A DNA stretch of 64,000 nt, from positions 128,001-192,000 of the forward strand of contig CAVTUQ010000004.1 of the NCBI GenBank assembly GCA_963737905.1. The letters are read 5' to 3'. Position numbers and translations under genes: made by a program. The stretch comes from an uncultured delta proteobacterium. Its GTDB lineage: Bacteria; Desulfobacterota; Binatia; UBA9968. Below the pieces are notes generated by a model. The model searched no databases, had not been told where the DNA came from, and saw nothing but the letters and a program-made list of their open reading frames with translations. This document shows, in pieces, positions 50,463 to 60,629 of the stretch. Within the stretch, counting starts at the first letter, position 1. Every line of letters begins with the position of its first letter.

Positions 50463-50493
50463 AACTTTGAACCTTGAACCCGGAACTTTGAAC
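50463..50493. repeat. Degenerate 7-nt tandem repeat
   Basis: AACTTTG AACCTTG AACCCGG AACTTTG AAC. Confidence 0.6.
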
Positions 50494-50512
50494 GGCATTT
50501 TTCTTTTCTAAA

Positions 50513-52252
50513 ATGGACTCTAAGCCAGCACAGATACTCGACACGGACGTCCTCATCATTGGCGGAGGCGTAGCCGGGTGTCTCGCGGCTATTGGCGCGA
50601 GAGAGCTAGGCGCGCGCGTTGCAGTGATCGACAAGGGCGGACTACTAGAGCGTTGCGGCAGCATCGCGGCAGGGGTCGATCAGATCCTCGCGGTGGCCGA
50701 CGATGGACCGGAGTGGGACACGCCCGATTATCTCCTCCAGCACATCCCCAAGCTCACCGATTACATCGTCGATATGAAGCCGGTGGAGACTTTTGTCCGG
50801 GGCCTCCCCGGTATGCTGCGAAAATTGGAAAAGCTGGGAGTTCCTTTTAAAGACCCTTCGACGGGAAAATATTTCCGTCACCGGACCTTTGGCTTGCCGG
50901 GCGAGTATCACATCGATTTCGACGGCAGCAAGTTCAAGCCGAAAATTTCCCGTGCAGTGATCGATTCCAGCGCGCAGATTTTTCTTCGCACCATGGCGGT
51001 TAATTTCTTAACCCACAAAGATCAGGCAGTCGCCGCATCGCTATTCCACATCCGGACCGGCGAGTTTTATCTTTTTCGCGCCAAAGCCATCGTTTTAGCC
51101 ACTGGCGACACCAACCGGTTGTCGCGCAATTCGTCGGGACTTGCATTTGATAGTTGGCACTGCCCTTACAACACGGGCGATGCCCAGGCCATGGCCGCGC
51201 GCCATGGCGCTTTGCTCGCCAATATGGAGTTCACCGAAAACACGATCACGCCGAAAGGCATTTCATCCCAGGGAACCAACTCGCTGACGGGACTTGGCGC
51301 TCATTTCATCAATGCCAAGGGAGAACGTTTCATGCTCAAATACGACCCCGCAGGCGAGCGAGCGAGACGAGATATACTGACCAGCGCCATCGTTACCGAA
51401 ACACTAGGAGGCAACGCGCCGATTTATTGCGATTGCCGCCATCTGCCTGCGGATATACTTGAACGGCTGGAGGAAACCCTGGGTGTCGATCGCCCTTCTC
51501 TGCCGCGCTGGTTCAAAGAAAAAGGCATCGATCTCAAAAAAGAACCCTTCGAAGTCACGGTTTCGGAATTTTCCTCGCGCCGCGGCGGCGTTTATTTCCG
51601 TGGCAGCGGCATTTTGATCGACGACAAAACCGCAACCAACATCCCCGGACTGTTTGCAGCCGGGGATTGCTGTACGGTGAGCGGAGGCATCTCTGGCGCC
51701 GCCGTCATGGGTTACGAAGCGGGCAAGCAAGCGGCACTATTCGGTCGTCACGATGGAGCCGAGCAGAGAGTTCAGGATCAAGAAATCGCGGCAGAAAAAG
51801 AGCGGCTTTTCTACCCTTGCCAGAACCTTGATGGAATTTCGCCGCGCGACTATGAAGACAAAGTCCGCCAGATCGTGACCGATTATATTGGCTATCAAAG
51901 AACCGAGGAAAAGCTGCGGAAGGCCGTCAAAGAGCTAAAGGAGTTGGAAAAAAAGGAATCGGCTCTCCTGGCCCACGACTATCATGAGCTCATGCGGGTG
52001 CATGAGGCGCGCAATATTCGCGAGGTCGCCGAGATGGTGGCCACGGCTGCCTTGGAGCGGCGCGAAAGCCGCGGCAGTTACTCCCATTTTCGTGGAGATT
52101 TCCCGCACCGCGACGATGCCAACTGGCGCAAGATGATCGTGCTAAAAAAACGGGATGCGGGTTACGAAATAGATTACCGATCGATTGGGCTTGAAAGATC
52201 CGCCCACGGAGAAAAGCGATGCCCATATTCATTAACCAGGATCTTTGCGTGA
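50513..52252 (+). CDS. AprA/AsfA-like flavoprotein (fumarate reductase/succinate dehydrogenase superfamily)
   Basis: GGGVAG, LATG, NTGD..AMA, GLFAAGD, R.ESRG..HFR.DFP. Confidence 0.85.
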   Translation: MDSKPAQILDTDVLIIGGGVAGCLAAIGARELGARVAVIDKGGLLERCGSIAAGVDQILAVADDGPEWDTPDYLLQHIPKLTDYIVDMKPVETFVRGLPGMLRKLEKLGVPFKDPSTGKYFRHRTFGLPGEYHIDFDGSKFKPKISRAVIDSSAQIFLRTMAVNFLTHKDQAVAASLFHIRTGEFYLFRAKAIVLATGDTNRLSRNSSGLAFDSWHCPYNTGDAQAMAARHGALLANMEFTENTITPKGISSQGTNSLTGLGAHFINAKGERFMLKYDPAGERARRDILTSAIVTETLGGNAPIYCDCRHLPADILERLEETLGVDRPSLPRWFKEKGIDLKKEPFEVTVSEFSSRRGGVYFRGSGILIDDKTATNIPGLFAAGDCCTVSGGISGAAVMGYEAGKQAALFGRHDGAEQRVQDQEIAAEKERLFYPCQNLDGISPRDYEDKVRQIVTDYIGYQRTEEKLRKAVKELKELEKKESALLAHDYHELMRVHEARNIREVAEMVATAALERRESRGSYSHFRGDFPHRDDANWRKMIVLKKRDAGYEIDYRSIGLERSAHGEKRCPYSLTRIFA

Positions 52253-52464
52253 AAGGGTGCACGCTCTGCGACCAGTTTTGTCCCGGAGATATTATTTATC
52301 GTCTGGACCCGCAGAAAATACCGGTGATAAAATACGAAGACGAATGCTGGTACTGCGGCAGCTGCGAAGAGTATTGTCCGACCGACGCGGTGAAGATCGT
52401 ATTTCCCCCGGAAATGCTTCATTCCGAAATCCAAGCGGAGAGCTTGTTTGGCGAGGCCAGCTAA
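52219..52464 (+). CDS. 2x[4Fe-4S] ferredoxin (AprB/AsfB-like)
   Basis: CVKGCTLCDQFCPGD and ECWYCGSCEEYCP. Confidence 0.9.
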   Translation: MPIFINQDLCVKGCTLCDQFCPGDIIYRLDPQKIPVIKYEDECWYCGSCEEYCPTDAVKIVFPPEMLHSEIQAESLFGEAS

Positions 52465-52537
52465 CGAAACTAAGAACAAAGATAATGGACCGACGAAGCT
52501 CTAATAAGATCAGCCAATAGAGAGGAGCTGGAGGCGA

Positions 52538-53296
52538 ATGAGAGAGTCGCTACTCAAAATGACCCAGCCTGAGGCTGAAGCGATTTTAAAACGCAGCGGC
52601 CTCGCCATTCTTCCGATGGGGAGCGTGGAGCAACATGGCCCTCACCTTCCCTGCGGCACAGACTATCTCGCTTCACTGGTGATCGGCCAACAGGTCGCTG
52701 ACAAAGTCGACGCTCTCCTGGTTCCGTTCTGTCCCATCGGCGTAACCCCTTTTCACATGTCCTTTGCCGGCACTTTGACATTACAGCCGCAAACTTTCAT
52801 CGCCGTGGTCGAGGATATCTGCGCCAGCCTGGCGCAGCACGGTGCCAAGCGGGTGGTTTTTCTCAACTGGCATGAGGGAAACACCGCCTCGATGAATCTC
52901 GCCGGCGTATCGGTCCAGCAACGCTACGGACTGCGTGTGCTCGTTGTGCAGGCGTGCTACATCGCTTTTGAGCTTTTCGGCAAAGAGTGCGGTCTCACCC
53001 ACGGCGGGGAGCTCGAGGTATTGCCGGTGCTCGCCTATGATCCATCTCTGGTTCACCTGGAGCGGGCCACCAATTCCTCCTCAGCCGAGCATGCGCGAAA
53101 AATCGATGCTCTCAGACGCGGGCGAGCGGGTTATCCTTTTTTAAAAGACATTAGAGAAATCGCTCCGACCGGCTGGTATGGCGAGCCGCAAAAGGCGACC
53201 CGGGAAAAAGCCATAGAATTTTTAGAAGGTGTCGCCAGCGCAGCCGCAGATTACATCGAGAAAACTTTCAAGGAGTTGAGTGAATATGGCAAATGA
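52538..53296 (+). CDS. Creatininase family amidohydrolase
   Basis: GSVEQHGPHLP.GTD, N.H.GN, HGGE.E. Confidence 0.9.
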   Translation: MRESLLKMTQPEAEAILKRSGLAILPMGSVEQHGPHLPCGTDYLASLVIGQQVADKVDALLVPFCPIGVTPFHMSFAGTLTLQPQTFIAVVEDICASLAQHGAKRVVFLNWHEGNTASMNLAGVSVQQRYGLRVLVVQACYIAFELFGKECGLTHGGELEVLPVLAYDPSLVHLERATNSSSAEHARKIDALRRGRAGYPFLKDIREIAPTGWYGEPQKATREKAIEFLEGVASAAADYIEKTFKELSEYGK

Positions 53297-54326
53297 CCCG
53301 GTGCGAGTAGCGGCCGTAGGACTTGGACGTTGGGCGAAGGTTCTTGCCGATGCAATCAAACGAAGCGATCGGCTCCGTCTCGTCAACTGCTTCAGCCGCT
53401 CGGAAAAGAGCCGTGAAACATTTGCCCAACAATACGGCTGCCGAAGGGCCAAGAATTACGAAGAACTGCTTGATGACACCGAGGTCGAGGGACTCATTAT
53501 CACCACGCCCAACGACGCCCATGCTGAGCCGATCATTCAAGCGGCTGAGAAAGGAAAAGACGTCTATGTGGACAAGCCGCTTGCCCACCGATTGGCGGAT
53601 GCCGTCGCTATTGACCGTGCCTGCCGGAAGGCGGGCGTCATCTTGTCGGTGGGCCACAGCGCGCGCCGACTAAAAGGCAGCCGCAAAATTAAAGAGATCA
53701 TCGATCGGGGCGGCATCGGCAAGCTCGTGATGGCTGAATGCAATTTTTCCAATGATCGAAGCTTGGAGTTGACTCCTGACAAATGGCGCTGGTACAGAGA
53801 CAGGAACCCGGGTGGCCCGCTGATCCAGCTCGCAGTGCACCATACCGATACGCTGCATTACTTGTTTGGTCCGGCAAAGAGCGTAACGTGTATGGCTAAA
53901 AGACTCTACACGCCGGCAGAGAGCGAAGATGTGACTATGACCATTGTCGAGATGGAGAGCGGGCAACTCTGCTACATCGGTTCAAATTGGGCTTCACAGG
54001 GAACCTTCTTCACCCACGTTTATGGAATGGATGCCAATCTCTACTTCACGGTGGATTTTAACTTCTGGAGCAGCTCCGACGTGGTCGATCGGCACAGCCA
54101 GCTGGAAATTCAACACCGCGGCTCCTCGGAGCACAAGCCCATTGCTCTCGAAATCGGGGATATGTTCCGCGAGCAGCTGGAAGAATTCGGCAATTGTATC
54201 CGCGATCGAAAGCAACCTGAGGTCGGCGGTCCGGAGGCGATCGCCGCTCTCGCCGTGATCGATGCAGCGCTGCGCTCCGCCGAAAGCGGCCACACAGTGG
54301 CGATCAAGGAAGTAATGGAGGGTTAG
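53286..54326 (+). CDS. Gfo/Idh/MocA family oxidoreductase
   Basis: VGLGRW, TPND.H, VDKP, GG.L....H..D. Confidence 0.9.
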   Translation: MANDPVRVAAVGLGRWAKVLADAIKRSDRLRLVNCFSRSEKSRETFAQQYGCRRAKNYEELLDDTEVEGLIITTPNDAHAEPIIQAAEKGKDVYVDKPLAHRLADAVAIDRACRKAGVILSVGHSARRLKGSRKIKEIIDRGGIGKLVMAECNFSNDRSLELTPDKWRWYRDRNPGGPLIQLAVHHTDTLHYLFGPAKSVTCMAKRLYTPAESEDVTMTIVEMESGQLCYIGSNWASQGTFFTHVYGMDANLYFTVDFNFWSSSDVVDRHSQLEIQHRGSSEHKPIALEIGDMFREQLEEFGNCIRDRKQPEVGGPEAIAALAVIDAALRSAESGHTVAIKEVMEG

Positions 54327-54718
54327 TGACAATTCGCAAGATTAACACGCGCGCGGTCGCGCCCAAAAAGCTACCAAGCCGCTTTTTCCGCGAGCTGGTC
54401 TCGCACAAAGTCCTAAAGTCGAAAGGTATAGCGCTCCGCTTCGTGGAACTGTTGCCGCTTCGAGACGCGGGACCTCGCCACCCTCATAGCCATCGAGGCA
54501 TGGAAGAAGTGATATTCGTGCAACAGGGCAATGGCAAGGCCTGGGTCAACGGAGAAGTTGAGAAAATCGTGAAGGGTGACACCATTCTTATTCCCGCCGG
54601 CACGCGCCACATGATGATCAATACCGGTCGCAAACCCATGATCTTGATCTGCGCATTTTCCGCCGCCGATCCCGAAAACCGCTATAAAGAGCACCCCGAG
54701 GTAAGCTATTCGGGGTAG
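54326..54718 (+). CDS. Cupin domain protein
   Basis: HSH..MEE...V.QG.G and GD.ILIPAG.RH. Confidence 0.88.
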   Translation: MTIRKINTRAVAPKKLPSRFFRELVSHKVLKSKGIALRFVELLPLRDAGPRHPHSHRGMEEVIFVQQGNGKAWVNGEVEKIVKGDTILIPAGTRHMMINTGRKPMILICAFSAADPENRYKEHPEVSYSG

Positions 54719-54733
54719 ATCGCCGAGATTGGT

Positions 54734-55612
54734 ATGGCAAACATTGGCTTTATTGGTCTAGGGATTATGGGAAGCGGAATGGTGAAACGGTTGCTATCCG
54801 CAGGCCATGGGGTAACAGGCTACAATCGTACCCGAGCGAAAGCTCAGCCGCTCATCGAACGCGGCATGAAATTCGCGGAGACGCCGCGTGCCGCGGCCCA
54901 AGCCGGGGATTTCATATTTACGATGGTGACCAACACCGAGGCATTGCACGCAGTCACGGGCGGCCCGGACGGTATCCTGGCAGGCTTGTCTGCCGGCAAG
55001 GTCTTTATAGACATGAGCACCGTGAGTCCTGCCGCGAGCCGCAATCTAGCGAAACAGGTGGAGGCCCTGAGAGCCCAGATGCTGGACGCGCCGGTATCCG
55101 GCAGCGCGATTACACTCGAGGAAGGCAAACTCTCTTTCATGGTTGGCGGTAGCCGTGAAACGTTTGAGAAAGTGCAGCCGATTCTCCAAGCGATCGGGCC
55201 GAAGGCGACGCATGTTGGCGCCAACGGCCTCGCCGCGGCAATGAAAGTCGCTACCAATTTGAGTCTCGCTGTGCAGATGCTCGCGTTTAGTGAAGGCGTA
55301 TTGCTCGCTGAAAAGAGCGGTATAGCGCGCGCGACCGCCGTCGAAGTTCTCTTCAATAGTGTAATCGCTTCGCCGATGGTGAAATATCGCGGTCCGTTTG
55401 TGCTCAACATGCCGGACGAAGCTTTGTTCGATGTCAACATGATGCAAAAAGATCTGCTGCTGGCCTTGGAAATGGGCCGCCAGCTCGATGTCCCGCTGCC
55501 GACCACGGCGATCACCAACGAACTGCTCACCGCGGCGCGGGGGATGGGGCTTTCGAACAAAGACTTTGCGATATTATTTGAAGTGCTCGCGAGGATGGCG
55601 GGAAAAAAATAG
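54734..55612 (+). CDS. Beta-hydroxyacid dehydrogenase (3-hydroxyisobutyrate/tartronate semialdehyde reductase family)
   Basis: GFIGLGIMG, DAPVSG, K...N, KDL.LA. Confidence 0.9.
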   Translation: MANIGFIGLGIMGSGMVKRLLSAGHGVTGYNRTRAKAQPLIERGMKFAETPRAAAQAGDFIFTMVTNTEALHAVTGGPDGILAGLSAGKVFIDMSTVSPAASRNLAKQVEALRAQMLDAPVSGSAITLEEGKLSFMVGGSRETFEKVQPILQAIGPKATHVGANGLAAAMKVATNLSLAVQMLAFSEGVLLAEKSGIARATAVEVLFNSVIASPMVKYRGPFVLNMPDEALFDVNMMQKDLLLALEMGRQLDVPLPTTAITNELLTAARGMGLSNKDFAILFEVLARMAGKK

Positions 55613-55699
55613 AGTTTCGAGTTTCGCGTCTCGGGTCTCGAGTTAGAAAACCCATCTCTGCGGTGATAACGCGGAACTCAAAACTCTAGACTCGAAACT
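55613..55699. repeat. Inverted arrays of degenerate heptamers
   Basis: GTTTCGA GTTTCGC GTCTCGG GTCTCGA ... AACTCAA AACTCTA GACTCGA AACT. Confidence 0.6.
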
Positions 55700-55711
55700 G
55701 GCGCAATAACG

Positions 55712-56722
55712 ATGACACAATCAAAAAAACCCGGAAGAAAACAGCAATCGTCCGCTTCTTCACTCGACAGAGAGCGGTTATTGCGTTTCTACCGGCAGAT
55801 GTTGAAGATCCGCTTGTTTGAAGAGCAGGTCAATCAGCTCTATCTCAGCGCCAAGATGCCGGGCCTCGCTCATCTCTACATTGGGCAGGAAGCAGTTGCC
55901 GTGGGTGTCTGTGAGGCGCTACGGCGTGATGACTACATTACCAGTACTCACCGCGGGCACGGTCACTGCCTCGCCAAGGGCGCATCGGTCGACAAGATGT
56001 TCGCCGAGCTTTTGGGCAAGGTGTCGGGCTACTGCCGCGGCAAAGGCGGCTCGATGCACATCGCCGATCAGGATACCGGAAACCTGGGAGCAAACGCTAT
56101 CGTCGGCGGCAGCGCAGGAATTGCCACTGGCGCGGCTATGTCGGCGAAGATGCGCGGCAGCGATCAAGTAGCGGTCTGCTTTTTCGGCGAGGGCGCGCTG
56201 GGGCAAGGGCTGCTTTACGAAGTGATGAACATGGCTTCCCTCTGGACGCTGCCGGTTATTTACGTCTGCGAGAACAACCAGTACAACGAGTACACGAGCT
56301 ACCGTGAAACCACGGCAGGGGAGGTGGCAGGCCGTGCTGAAGCTTTTGGGATCCATACCGAAACCATCGACGGCCAAGATATCCAGCTCGTTTATGCGAC
56401 GAGTCTTACATTAGTCGAACGGGCTCGCCGCGGTGAAGGGCCTGCTTTTCTGCAATGCAACACCTACCGTTTCCACGGCCATCACGTGGGCGACATCGAC
56501 CGTTCCTATTACCGTCCCAAGGCTGAAGAAGAACAGTGGAAGGGCAAGCGCGATCCGTTGAAACTGTTCGCCGAATGGTTGCAAAAGAGCGAAATGGCGG
56601 ACGGCAAGCTGCTTAATCAAATCGAAAATGAAATCGCCACGGAAGTCAAAGAGGCGGTGACCTTCGCCCTCAACGCGCCTTATCCTGAGCCGAGCGAAGT
56701 CAATCAACATGTGTATGCCTAA
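55712..56722 (+). CDS. TPP-dependent 2-oxoacid/acetoin dehydrogenase E1 alpha
   Basis: HLYIGQEA, STHRGHGH, GKGGSMH, TPP motif GEGA...ENN. Confidence 0.92.
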   Translation: MTQSKKPGRKQQSSASSLDRERLLRFYRQMLKIRLFEEQVNQLYLSAKMPGLAHLYIGQEAVAVGVCEALRRDDYITSTHRGHGHCLAKGASVDKMFAELLGKVSGYCRGKGGSMHIADQDTGNLGANAIVGGSAGIATGAAMSAKMRGSDQVAVCFFGEGALGQGLLYEVMNMASLWTLPVIYVCENNQYNEYTSYRETTAGEVAGRAEAFGIHTETIDGQDIQLVYATSLTLVERARRGEGPAFLQCNTYRFHGHHVGDIDRSYYRPKAEEEQWKGKRDPLKLFAEWLQKSEMADGKLLNQIENEIATEVKEAVTFALNAPYPEPSEVNQHVYA

Positions 56723-56725
56723 TCT

Positions 56726-56782
56726 ATTTTCGATTTTAGGTCTTGGATTGTAATCGAAAATCGGAAATCTAAAATCCAAAAT
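56726..56782. repeat. Inverted arrays of degenerate heptamers
   Basis: ATTTTCG ATTTTAG GTCTTGG ATT gt AATCGAA AATCGGA AATCTAA AATCCAA AAT. Confidence 0.65.
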
Positions 56783-56812
56783 GAGTGCGTCAACTGCTGA
56801 CAGCGAGCAATC

Positions 56813-57836
56813 ATGGCGGCAAAACCCCACGACATAACCATTACCAAAGCGCCCGTCCGTGAGATCACCTTTGCCCAAGCCATCAACGAAGCGTTGGCCG
56901 AAGAAATGCGCCGTGACCCTACGGTCTTCATCATCGGCGAAGACGTTGCCGAAGCGGGGACGCCGTTCAAAGTCCTTTCAGGGCTGGCGAAAGAATTTGG
57001 CACCAAGCGTGTGATCGACTCGCCGATCTCCGAGGCCGGTATTACCGGCATTGGCGTCGGCGCTGCGATGACCGGGATGCGCCCGGTGGTGGATATCATG
57101 TTCGGCGACTTCATCACTCTCACGATGGACCAACTGGTCAATCAAGCAGCCAAGATTCATTACATGTCCGGTGGCAAACTCAAGGTTCCGATGGTCCTGC
57201 GCACGACCCTCGGTGCCACGCGCCGCTCCGCTGCCCAGCATAGCCAAAGTTTGCATGCTTGGCTGAGCCATGCTCCGGGATTGAAAGTCGTCGTCCCTTC
57301 CACCCCCTTTGATGCCAAGGGACTGCTCAAAAGCGCTATTCGTGACGACAATCCCGTGGTCTTTTTCGAAGACAAAATGATGTACCAGTTAAAGGGACCC
57401 GTTCCTACCGAGGAATACACGATTCCGCTCGGGGTCGCCGATGTGAAGCGCGCCGGCACGGATATTACCCTCGTCGCTACCAGCAGCATGGTTCACGTCG
57501 CTCTCGCTGCAACGGAAATTTTAGAAAAGAGCGGTATCAACGCCGAAGTAATCGATATTAGAACGACTTTACCGCTCGACAAAGAAACGATTGTTGAATC
57601 CGCGAAGAAAACCAGCCGGGCGATTGTCATCGACGAAGGCTACGAACGCTACGGCGTGACGGCAGAGATCGCCTCGGTCATTGCCGACGGTGCCTTCTAT
57701 TATCTCGATGCGCCGGTGAAACGGATGGGCGCGATGGACGTGCCCGTGCCGTTTTCACCGGTCCTCGAGGATCAAACCGTGCCAACGCCGGAAGCGGTAG
57801 CCGCAGATGGCGAGAACGCTATGCGGAAAAACATGA
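56813..57836 (+). CDS. E1 beta subunit; probable frameshift near the 3' end
   Basis: GEDV, D.PISE.G, AAQHSQ, LDAPV.R; the shifted frame ends MARTLCGKT-TGA. Confidence 0.9.
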
Positions 57837-57837
57837 C

Positions 57838-57911
57838 GTTCAAGCCGTTCAAAGTTCAACGTTCAACCCGTTAAATTCCTCTGACGACGTTGAACTTTGA
57901 ACGGCTTGAAC
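57838..57911. repeat. Perfect 25-bp inverted repeat built from GTTCAA units
   Basis: GTTCAAGCCGTTCAAAGTTCAACGT-N24-ACGTTGAACTTTGAACGGCTTGAAC. Confidence 0.85.
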
Positions 57912-57932
57912 CATGGAAAGGGAGGTGGTGCT

Positions 57933-59253
57933 ATGGGGCTTAAGACTTTCGGCCTGATGGGAGTCGATTGGGAAGAGCGCGTCGATCTGGAGCGCCTCCG
58001 GCGTGAACGTCTGGCGCGCATCAAACGCGCTCTGAAGGCCTCGGAGATGGGCGCGCTCTTATGTTTCGACATGAACAACATCCGCTACATCACCGCCACC
58101 CATATCGGCACCTGGGCCATGGACAAACTGGTGCGCTTCTCGCTTTTACCGCAGGACGACGAGCCGATCCTGTGGGATTTTGGCTCGGCGGCGCGTCACC
58201 ATCAAATCTATTGCCCTTGGCTCGGCAGAGCGCTCCCGCGCCGGCATCTCCACGTTGCGCGGTGCAACCAATCCTTCCTCGGGATTGGCCGAGGACGTGG
58301 CAAAAAAAATCAAGACCGAACTTGAGATGCGCAAGCTCGACAAGGAACCGCTCGGGGTCGATGTGATCGAACTACCCGTGCTGTTTGCCTTGCAAGCGCA
58401 AGGCATCAAGGTCGTCGACGGCCAGCAGCTCATGCATCACGTGCGAAAGATCAAGACCCAGGACGAAATCACCCTGCTCAATACCGCGTGTATGATGGTC
58501 GATTCCGCATACGATGAGCTTTACCGCTTTATGAGACCGGGCAGTTCGGGAGAACGAATGCGTCGGAGTCGTGAGCAAAGTGCTCTACGATCTCGGCTCC
58601 GAGCATGTGGAAGGGAGTCAACGCCATCTCCGGCGAGCGCTGCAGTCCCCATCCGCATGTTTATACCGACCGCGTGTTGCGGCCCGGTGATCCGGCCTTT
58701 TTCGATATCCTGCACAGCTACAACGGTTATCGCACTTGCTATTACCGAACTTTCGCTATCGGCAGCGCGTCGCCGGCCATGGTCGACGCCTACAAGCGCA
58801 GCCGTGACTACATGGACGCGGCGATCAGCATCGTCAAGCCGGGCATTACGACGGCCGATGTCGTGAAGCTCTGGCCCAAGGCCGAAGAATTCGGCTTCGC
58901 CAACGAAGAAGCAGCCTTTGCGCTACAATATGGTCATGGCGTCGGCTTGTCGATCTGGGAGAAACCGATCTTCAGTCGCTTGGTTTCACTTGACAATCCT
59001 GAAGTCATCGAAGAGGGCATGGTCTTCGCCTTAGAGACTTACTGGCCGGCTTCAGATGGCTGGTCTGCCGCTCGGCTCGAAGAGGAAGTCGTCGTAACTA
59101 AAGATGGCTGCGAAGTCATCACGCGTTTTCCCTCTGAGAAACTCTTGGTGGCCGGGTACACACTACTTCACCGCCGGCGGTCCATTGCCCACCACAAGGG
59201 AAACGCAGTCAAATTTAAACAACCCTGGATCGCTGGAACGAGTAAAACGTTAG
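57933..59253 (+). CDS. M24 (Xaa-Pro peptidase/creatinase-fold) hydrolase, several frameshifts
   Basis: NIRYIT, R.IKT.DEI, GYRTCYYRTF, GHGVGL..WE.P, FALE, RLEEEVVVT.DG.EV across at least four frame segments. Confidence 0.85.
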
Positions 59254-59359
59254 GCAATAGGCACGAAAACCGTAGGCAAGCGGTGGGGCGACTGGCCGGT
59301 CGCCCGTAACAAATTGCGCCTTCCGCTTAAAGATTTTCCGTGATAAGCAACCAACGATT

Positions 59360-60622
59360 ATGGCAACCGACGTAATTATGCCTGCGCTGGGAGTCGCGCA
59401 GGAAAAGGGAACGTTGCTTAATTGGCGCAAGGCCGAAGGCCAATCGGTCACCAAGGGCGAGCCACTGATGGAGATCGAAACCGATAAAGCCACGGTGGAG
59501 ATCGAAGCGCCCGCTTCCGGGAATTTTGACAAATGTCAGTGCTTCCGCTGGAGATGAAATTCCGGTCGGAAATAAAATCGCGGTCATCCTTGCGCCTGGC
59601 GAAGTGGTATCTCCGGCCGCGCTTCAGGATCCTCGCCCCCGGATCTCGTCCGGGCGGGCTCTCGCCCTGAACCCTCAACCCACAATTCACAGAACAAACC
59701 GGGAGCGGAACCAAATCCCCCTATTTCCCCCTTTACTAAAGGGGGATCAAAGGGGGATTTCCACGCCTCCGAAACTTCACCTCTTACTAGTACGCGTATA
59801 CTTGCGTCTCCGGCAGCAAAGAGAATCGCTAAAGAGAGAGGCGTCGACATCGTATCCCTCAAAGGCACCGGACCGGACGGAGCCGTTTTAGCCGAAGATG
59901 TGCTCCGGTCCACGATCAGCAAAACTGTCGCCCCAGAAGGGCCGCCTAAAGTCAAAGAAATAGTCCAACTCACTGCGATGCGCCGCATCGTCGGCCAACG
60001 GATGACGCAGAGCAAACAGAACGCCCCGCATTTTTATATCAGCATGGACATCGATATGACGGCAGCGAGTAAGCTCAGGAACGAATGGAAGGAGCGCGGC
60101 GACAGCGGGATCCCTTCGATCAACGATTTCATAATCCAAGCGTGCGCCCGCGCGCTGAAGGATTTTCCGTCGCTTAACTCTAGCTTCACTGACCAAGGGA
60201 TCCGACAGCACGCGGACATAAATATTGGTGTTGCCGTGGCCCTTGAAGAGGGACTCGTGGTTCCGGTGATTCGCAACGCGGACCAGCTTACCTTACGCGA
60301 GTTGGCAGAGCACGGCCGGCAGTTGGCCGATAAAGCGCAAAACAAGAAGCTTTTCCCGCTCGATTACGAAGGCGGGACCTTCACGGTGTCCAATCTCGGC
60401 ATGCTCGGCGTCGATAGTTTTATCGCGATTATCAATCCGCCGCAGTGCGCCATTTTGGCAGTTGGACGGGTCGCTCCGCGCGTGGTCGCCGACGAAGGCA
60501 TGTTTGCGATTCGCTCGCTGATGACCGCGACTTTGTCCGCCGACCACCGGGTCGTCGACGGTGCCATCGCCGCTCGCTTCCTTGGGGAGGTAAAACAATC
60601 GCTGGAACATCCTAAGTTCTAA
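59360..60622 (+). CDS. Dihydrolipoamide acyltransferase E2, two compensating frameshifts
   Basis: Lipoyl motif ETDKA, binding domain ASPAAKRIA...GTGPDG, catalytic DHRVVDG. Confidence 0.9.
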
Positions 60623-60629
60623 CTGCTCC

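Noticed and set aside
50513-52464. Calling aprAB (dissimilatory sulfate reduction)
   Set aside because: The ferredoxin lacks the long AprB tail and the context is catabolic, with no sat/qmo/dsr genes.
50463-57911. CRISPR array
   Set aside because: The repeats are short degenerate heptamers or hairpins without repeat-spacer structure, and there are no cas genes.
59555-59557. TGA interrupting E2 as a possible Sec codon
   Set aside because: It lies after a frameshift; the true protein continues in another frame.
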